Assembly: GCA_042572165.1 (NCBI GenBank)
Contig: JBHPFF010000002.1
Location: 1-60,224 of the forward strand
Direction: 5' to 3'
DNA length: 60,224 nucleotides
Source: Candidatus Latescibacterota bacterium
GTDB taxonomy: Bacteria > Latescibacterota > Latescibacteria > Latescibacterales > Latescibacteraceae
Below the pieces are notes generated by a model, which did not search any database, had not been told where the DNA came from, and saw only the letters and a list, made by a program, of their open reading frames with translations. Below are positions 54,361 through 60,224 of this stretch, one piece after another (the first letter of the stretch is position 1; the number at the start of each line of letters is the position of its first letter). The position numbers and the translations under genes are program-made.

Positions 54361-55765
54361 AAACGTCTTCTAATACGTTGTTAACTGTTAAGACAACCCG
54401 GGATGCAGAAACATAAATTATAGGTGACAGGTTAGATGTTACATAGGTATTTTGCTGTTCAGTCGCAAAAGATTTGCCGTAATATATCTCAGTAAGCAGT
54501 CTGTCATCCTGGTAAAAACTGAGAACCGTTTGAGGTTTGTCAAGACCGGAATTAGCAAGGTCTTTTTCTGTTGGTTCAAGTGAATACATATCTCTGATCA
54601 TCAGGAAAGCGCTTATGGAGAAAATACGTGAAATGGTTTCTTGCTGTACGTTTTTATCTATTGGGGATATAACACTCCAGTTTTTCTGAGAATCTTTGGA
54701 AAAAGTAATTGGTTGTCCTGCTGTATCTAAAACAATTTTGTTAACAATTTCTCTGTTGAATTTTATTGGCTGCTTATCAATGAACCATGTAGTAACACGG
54801 TTAAGTAAAATAAGAAGGGAATTATTAAGAGAGAAAATAAGATCATTATCAAATCTTTTTGCATACCAGAGATGTCTTAAACCAGGTTCGGAAATCTTGT
54901 TGCCGATCAATATCATTTTATTTGGCATCCCATATTTCAAAGTTATATTAAAAATAACACTTGGATTATTAAGTCCATATTTTGCAAGATCATCTGTTTT
55001 TTCCTCTTCTCTCGTCATAATTTGTGATTTGTTGATTTCTTTAGCAAGGTCACTAATATTTTTTTGATCGGCAAGATGGTAATACGGTTCCATCATGAAC
55101 CAGGTAATATCATTGTGTGCGAGAACTATTTTATTGGCGTCGCCTTCCGTTCTTATGATTTCGATTCCGATAATATCATCAGCGAGTACATTGAGAATTG
55201 ATCTCGAACGATACGATGCTATGGGTTGTTTCATGATATCGGTGAGTTTTCTTTCTACTGCGAGTACACGGTTTTCAGAAGCAAAACAAACATATGACAT
55301 TGTCCTGTCGGGAGTGTAGGAACCGACAAAAATTGTATCAGATTCACCAGTAACATAATTCATTGCCATATAATAATCAGGTTTTGCCAGCTCATATACG
55401 CTCAAATCTTCCGGGTTATTATCTACTTCGATAAGTATATCGCTTCTGTCCAGTGAAAAGAAAAGAGTGTATATAGGGTCTTTATCCGCTTCGCTTTTAA
55501 CAGGTGCGGTAATATTCCAGATTCGACCAACACCGCGCTCAAAAGTAATAGAGGAATCCGGTCGAACGAGGGTAAAACTTTTGATATTATCAAGGTCGAA
55601 CCGTATCAGTTCTCTTTCTTCAGCTTCACGAATTTTTCTTTCTTCTTCGACCTTGTAAACTTTAAAATATACAAAGATACCAATTGCTATTATTAATACA
55701 AGAGTAAGAAGTGATTTAATCAATTTCATTATTAATCTCCAGTTAGCGTCTGCGATACCAAACAA
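54350..55765 (-). CDS. DUF4340-like N-terminally anchored protein (commonly follows GldG-type genes)
   Basis: N-terminal TM helix, repeated beta-rich segments, and a 23-nt overlap with the GldG-like gene. The family call rests on size, position and layout. Confidence 0.45.
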   Translation of the reverse strand: MFGIADANWRLIMKLIKSLLTLVLIIAIGIFVYFKVYKVEEERKIREAEERELIRFDLDNIKSFTLVRPDSSITFERGVGRIWNITAPVKSEADKDPIYTLFFSLDRSDILIEVDNNPEDLSVYELAKPDYYMAMNYVTGESDTIFVGSYTPDRTMSYVCFASENRVLAVERKLTDIMKQPIASYRSRSILNVLADDIIGIEIIRTEGDANKIVLAHNDITWFMMEPYYHLADQKNISDLAKEINKSQIMTREEEKTDDLAKYGLNNPSVIFNITLKYGMPNKMILIGNKISEPGLRHLWYAKRFDNDLIFSLNNSLLILLNRVTTWFIDKQPIKFNREIVNKIVLDTAGQPITFSKDSQKNWSVISPIDKNVQQETISRIFSISAFLMIRDMYSLEPTEKDLANSGLDKPQTVLSFYQDDRLLTEIYYGKSFATEQQNTYVTSNLSPIIYVSASRVVLTVNNVLEDVFGD

Positions 55766-57194
55766 CTATACCAATAAATAAAATAAATGATGGATATAGT
55801 ATTAATGTAAACCACGTAAGTTTGCGTCTCTCCTGTTGATTTAGGTTGACTGGTGTAAAAATTGCCAAATTGGGAGTAACTTCAATTATTTTTTCGTTTC
55901 TTGTTATCCAGTTAACCGTGTTGAGGAAAAGGTTTAAATTTGAGGGAAATGGGGTGACGATAGAATTCGTTATGAACATGCTGTTCCCCCAAAAGGACGA
56001 TCTGATGAAAAAGAACTGGTCTTCATCTGTTTTAAGGGAATCGGGAAGTAAGAAATTACGTTCGGTTGCCATTGCTATAGTAAGCGGGCCTTTCTTTTCA
56101 TGTTCATCACGTGTAGGTTTTATGTTTGTTTCGACGGTTTTTGCAGATTCAATATCCGTTTCAGCCCAGCTGTCCTCGCTGGAAGCTAAAAGACGGGTGC
56201 ACTTTGTCATACTTCTTTGAGCAACATCTATGCTTCGAACAAAAGGGAATATAAAAGTCTGATTTGGTAAATTATCGGTAATCTCATGCTCATTCTGTGC
56301 CTCACATAAAGGAGATATCGGGCCGCCCATATCAGTTGTCATTCTGCTAGAGGTTTCATAAATATAGTCATTCCCGTACTCGAGGTTGTATTTCGTTAAA
56401 ATGTTCTCAAGATTTGTTTCTTTCCCCGGATTAACCATGAGAAAAATTCTGCCTTCACTGTTCAGGTATTTATCAATCATCTCGGCCTCATCATCAGTAA
56501 ACGGTACAGTCTGTCCCGCAACGATGAGAAGTGTGCAATCATCCGGTACTTTACCTTCATCAAGAATATTCACGGTTTTAACAAGGTAATTCTGCTCAAT
56601 AAGGCGGTCTCTTATAGTACTTAAACCCATACGGTCAGAATTGTTGATTTGTAGTTCCCCATGCCCTGTGGAGAAATAGATTGTTTTTGTCTGCTCGGTC
56701 AGTAGTCTGTAAAGTGCTATTGTCAAGTTTCGTTCAGTATGATACTGTCCCGGTGGTGGGGGATTTAGAAGTGAATTTTTTGATTCTGATTCAAAAACAA
56801 TAGTTCTTGGAAAAGAAACATCATATTTTTCAGCTATTAAGGGATTCTTGATCTGATCAATGAACTCGACATTGATATTTTTGTTTTCCTTTTTATATTT
56901 TTCAAAAAGAATACGTATTCTTTCCTGATAGGCACTGTTGGTATAAAATGCTTTAATATTCACTTCAAAATCGATATCATTGAGAAGATTTATTGTCTCT
57001 TTTGAAAGAGTATTTAATTTATTTTTTGTTACATCAAATAATGGTGTTTTTACTGCTATTATGTAGTTAAAAATAAACAAACCAACAACGAGAGCAATTG
57101 CGAAAATTACCGGACTGAGACCGAACTTAAAAAACTTTTCTATCATTACTTGTGTGATGTTTGTTGTTTTCCCCTGCATAGCTATTGCCTCCAT
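55743..57194 (-). CDS. GldG-like auxiliary component of an ABC-2 transporter
   Basis: N-terminal TM helix, a large periplasmic domain, and a C-terminal TM ending ...IGIVVWYRRR, which is typical of the GldG family. Confidence 0.6.
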   Translation of the reverse strand: MEAIAMQGKTTNITQVMIEKFFKFGLSPVIFAIALVVGLFIFNYIIAVKTPLFDVTKNKLNTLSKETINLLNDIDFEVNIKAFYTNSAYQERIRILFEKYKKENKNINVEFIDQIKNPLIAEKYDVSFPRTIVFESESKNSLLNPPPPGQYHTERNLTIALYRLLTEQTKTIYFSTGHGELQINNSDRMGLSTIRDRLIEQNYLVKTVNILDEGKVPDDCTLLIVAGQTVPFTDDEAEMIDKYLNSEGRIFLMVNPGKETNLENILTKYNLEYGNDYIYETSSRMTTDMGGPISPLCEAQNEHEITDNLPNQTFIFPFVRSIDVAQRSMTKCTRLLASSEDSWAETDIESAKTVETNIKPTRDEHEKKGPLTIAMATERNFLLPDSLKTDEDQFFFIRSSFWGNSMFITNSIVTPFPSNLNLFLNTVNWITRNEKIIEVTPNLAIFTPVNLNQQERRKLTWFTLILYPSFILFIGIVVWYRRR

Positions 57195-57967
57195 CTTGCA
57201 GATTCAATAGAGATTCCGGTCAGAAACAGCCAGAATGTTGTCATTGACAGATAATAAACGATATGTTTTATACCGATGTATCCCAGCGTAAATGAATCAA
57301 GATGATCAGCCAATGATATATACCGTAAGAGCAGATTAAACGGCTCGGCTATGAATCTTGAGGTATAAACAAGAAGCCACAGACCCATGATAAACGTCAG
57401 AGTTAGAGCCGCCGCTACAATCTGGTTTTCCGTCAGTGAACTGAAAAACATGCCTATAGAAATGAGTGTGGCACCTAAAAGAAAAGTTCCCAGGTAAGAA
57501 CTCAAAACAGGCGCCAAGTCAAGTTTGTAGCCCGAGTGAACCATCATGAATATATTGAATGCCACAGTCAATAACATCATGATGGAATATATGGTCAAGC
57601 AGGAAAAGAATTTGCCAAAGAGCACCTGTGATGTTGTTATAGGAGAAGTCATTAATAGTTCCATGGTCCCGTTTTTCTTCTCTTCAGCATAAAGGCGCAT
57701 TGTGAGTAACGGAGTTATGAGAATAAATATATAGTCCATAAAGCTGAACATAGTGCTTGCTACATTATTAACATTTATTAAAGAAACTTCTATACCGTAA
57801 TTAGTGGCTCTCATCAGTTCATTTATTGTTTGTGTGGCAAAAGAAAAGAAAGTATCCTTGAAATTATTCCCGACCGTGAGAAGGAACACAGTAGCCAGTA
57901 TGTAAAAAACCGGAGAGACGAAGTAACTTTTAATTTCTCTGTCATAAACGGCTAAAATATTTCTCAT
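57182..57967 (-). CDS. ABC-2 type transporter permease (GldF-like)
   Basis: Six predicted TM helices. The N-terminus MRNILAVYDREIKSYFVSPVFYI is typical of this permease family. Confidence 0.7.
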   Translation of the reverse strand: MRNILAVYDREIKSYFVSPVFYILATVFLLTVGNNFKDTFFSFATQTINELMRATNYGIEVSLINVNNVASTMFSFMDYIFILITPLLTMRLYAEEKKNGTMELLMTSPITTSQVLFGKFFSCLTIYSIMMLLTVAFNIFMMVHSGYKLDLAPVLSSYLGTFLLGATLISIGMFFSSLTENQIVAAALTLTFIMGLWLLVYTSRFIAEPFNLLLRYISLADHLDSFTLGYIGIKHIVYYLSMTTFWLFLTGISIESARWRQ

Positions 57968-57983
57968 TATTTATTATCTCCGA

Positions 57984-58913
57984 CTAATTCATGGTTACAT
58001 TAATGAATATTTCTTCAAGAGTCATTGACATTTGTTTAAGTTCCAATAACTCAAGATTTTCATTAACTATAGTACGTGCAATATTAGGACGTATATCTCG
58101 AGAATTATCTGATTCGAGTTTAAAAATTGTTGAATCGTGTGTACTTTGAGTTTCATTAATATTAAGTACACCGTCTATTTTTTCAAGCTTTGATGCAAGT
58201 TTAGGTGCTTTTCCCCTTACCTCAACAGTGAGCAGCTCGTTGCGTGGTATTTTCTCTCGAATATTTGACGTGGAATCCTCTGCTACGATTTTCCCGTCGT
58301 TAATGATAACCACACGCTCACAGGTTATATCAACTTCAGGGAGAATATGTGTGGAGAGAATGACTGTGTGGTCACCACCGAAGCTTTTGATGAGATCACG
58401 TATTTCGACTATTTGAATGGGATCGAGTCCTATGGTCGGTTCGTCTAGTATCAAAAGCTTGGGATTATGTATAATTGCCTGAGCAATTCCGACACGCTGA
58501 CGATATCCCTTCGAAAGGGCACCGCACTTGGTTCTATGATATTTTTTGAGTCCACATTTTTCTATTACTTTATCTACACTATTTTTGAGCTTCTTTTTTT
58601 CTACACCTTTTATTTTGGCATTAAAGTGCAGATAGCTTCTCACAGACATATCCAGATAAAGGGGGGGGTGTTCGGGAAGATAACCTATACGTTTTCTTAC
58701 CTCAAGCGAATTATCTACAATATCCAGACCGTCTATAGTTACATTTCCTTCAGTAGGTGAGAGATAACCGGTAATTATCTTCATCGCGGTTGATTTTCCT
58801 GCACCATTCGGTCCCAATAATCCCAGAACCTCGCCTTTTTTCACGGAGAAGGAAATCTTATCGAGGGCCATTTTTGTACCATAATATTTGGTCAGATTTT
58901 CAACTTCGATCAA
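57984..58913 (-). CDS. ABC transporter ATP-binding protein (GldA-like)
   Basis: Walker A GLLGPNGAGKST, signature LSKGYRQRVGIAQA and Walker B LLILDEPTIGLD. Confidence 0.85.
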   Translation of the reverse strand: MIEVENLTKYYGTKMALDKISFSVKKGEVLGLLGPNGAGKSTAMKIITGYLSPTEGNVTIDGLDIVDNSLEVRKRIGYLPEHPPLYLDMSVRSYLHFNAKIKGVEKKKLKNSVDKVIEKCGLKKYHRTKCGALSKGYRQRVGIAQAIIHNPKLLILDEPTIGLDPIQIVEIRDLIKSFGGDHTVILSTHILPEVDITCERVVIINDGKIVAEDSTSNIREKIPRNELLTVEVRGKAPKLASKLEKIDGVLNINETQSTHDSTIFKLESDNSRDIRPNIARTIVNENLELLELKQMSMTLEEIFINVTMN

Positions 58914-59049
58914 TGAGTTTCTCCTTTGATGTATACTATATTAAGATTGTTTTTACAGTAAAATTGTCCCATAATACATCTTTATGGCGTTTTGTTCTGT
59001 AAGTTAGATTAAAAAATAAAAAGCTTCTATTGGAAATTGATAAAATACA

Positions 59050-59790
59050 TTAATACGGAGTTTCATTTTCAATTTCAGTAATAATGTTTTTAACCCTGCT
59101 GATCTGTTCATTGGTACAGCAGATTAATAATCTTACTGAACCTTCGGCACCCCTTATACCACCTGCTGATATCTGAAATGCCTGTGCTCCGGTCAAAATA
59201 TCAAAAGCTTCAATTTCAGTAACAATTGTTCCCCTCATTGGCATAAGAGAATGCTCTGGATTTTTATCCATGCTCAGATCTGATATTTCACCGATGTCGA
59301 AGCCAATTTCCTTTTCAAGTCCCACCGGTATAACAAGACGCAATTTCTTACCGTAAAGGTTACCCCAGAATCCACCGACAGTGCCGCCGGCGGGATGACC
59401 CACAAGGCAACCGGCAGTGCGTTTGTCGTAGTTTAATGCATTTGCGCCCTTGATGATAACATCTCCTGGGCTCATGTTTTTCGAAGCTTCGATGACCGTT
59501 TCACCATCCATATGTATTTCACCCTTATGTATAATTATATCATTAATTTCTTTCTTGGAGCTTTTAATTTCAGGGTGCGGATTTTTTGGAACAGTCACGC
59601 CTGTTGTGTAGATAAAAGGTTCCAGTTTAAAATCCAGGAATTCTTCAGCTATATAAGAAGTTGTCGTGCCACGGCAAATACCGATAGTACCATTATTATA
59701 TGCTGACTTAACAACAGGGTGTTTTTTAACTCCTTTTGCAATAAGTCTTTTCGATTGTGAAACAGTAAGAACAATTTCAAGTTTTATCAT
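59050..59790 (-). CDS. Hypothetical cytoplasmic protein, unknown family
   Basis: 246-aa ORF with no signal peptide. It has Gly-rich motifs GICRGTTTSYIAEEF, IIKGANALNYD, GHPAGGTVGGFWG and SAGGIRGAEGS. I cannot place it. Confidence 0.55.
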   Translation of the reverse strand: MIKLEIVLTVSQSKRLIAKGVKKHPVVKSAYNNGTIGICRGTTTSYIAEEFLDFKLEPFIYTTGVTVPKNPHPEIKSSKKEINDIIIHKGEIHMDGETVIEASKNMSPGDVIIKGANALNYDKRTAGCLVGHPAGGTVGGFWGNLYGKKLRLVIPVGLEKEIGFDIGEISDLSMDKNPEHSLMPMRGTIVTEIEAFDILTGAQAFQISAGGIRGAEGSVRLLICCTNEQISRVKNIITEIENETPY

Positions 59791-59850
59791 CTGAGATTTC
59801 TTTTGTTACATAAATAATTATTGAGACCGCTTGCTAAAGTTCTTTGAGGT

Positions 59851-60224
59851 CTACCTGAATTGTTTTATTCGTTTCTTAAAAAACAGGATCAATGCATCGT
59901 CATATGGTTTGCCGGTCAAAAGTAATATCTGGTCGACGCCGTTTCTTTTGAAAAGCTGTGATAGTTTGTTGTACCGCTCTTGCATATATATCCAGTACTT
60001 TTTTCGTAATCCTCTGGATGACGTATCGATCATGAAAACCTCACCGGTCTCGGCATTTTCCAGAGCAATAACACCTGAATCACTCAGAATATCCTCACGT
60101 TCATCTCTTATGGTAATTGCGATTACATCATGTTTTTGTGCTGCTACACTGAGTGCAGTTTCATATCCGCTGTCAAAAAAATCTGAAATCAGGAAGACAA
60201 TTGCTTTACGTTTCAGGATACGGC
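59851..60224 (-). CDS. DUF58 family protein (MoxR-operon partner), C-terminal part; 5' end is outside the window
   Basis: The minus-strand frame is open to the window edge: ...RILKRKAIVFLISDFFDSGYETALSVAAQKHDVIAITIRDEREDILSDSGVIALENAETGE... The SDF...HDV.A..I.D..E pattern matches DUF58. Confidence 0.6.
   Translation of the reverse strand, partial: RILKRKAIVFLISDFFDSGYETALSVAAQKHDVIAITIRDEREDILSDSGVIALENAETGEVFMIDTSSRGLRKKYWIYMQERYNKLSQLFKRNGVDQILLLTGKPYDDALILFFKKRIKQFR

Noticed and set aside
58661-58668. A G8 homopolymer (C8 on the coding strand) inside the ABC ATPase gene, and a G7 run at ~19504-19510 inside the Gfo/Idh/MocA-like gene, as possible phase-variation tracts.
   Set aside because: The tracts are short and encode conserved residues in frame (EHPPLY; PPCLE). 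There is no evidence of length heterogeneity in a single sequence. They could only be assessed with read data.

Overview
A 60.2-kb AT-rich bacterial contig with no rRNA, tRNA or CRISPR array that I could find. It splits into two halves. Nt 1-34.7k is an accessory-looking region: almost every intact CDS carries an export signal, and there are three decayed genes and two IS remnants. Nt 35.3k-60.2k is densely packed housekeeping (nfnAB-like, folC, coaC, GT9, tsaB, radical SAM, comM, REC-GAF-HD-GYP regulator, ECF sigma/anti-sigma). It ends in a 10.9-kb minus-strand operon that joins a GldAFG-like ABC module to BatA-E, with a DUF58 fragment at the window edge. The main observation is a recurring gene pair. 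A Sec-exported bicupin module (five modules in three genes, two of them tandem-fused 'tetracupins') sits next to a Tat-exported DUF362 protein (four intact copies and one internally deleted pseudogene). Neighbours include a FAD-dependent oxidoreductase, a Tat-signal Gfo/Idh/MocA-like oxidoreductase and an NRAMP metal transporter. The cupin modules come in two forms, one with a canonical H-x-H...E / H metal site and one in which that site is replaced (H-A-S...D). I propose this as an undescribed periplasmic enzyme system of unknown chemistry. All family calls come from motif recognition by eye and need HMM or structure confirmation.
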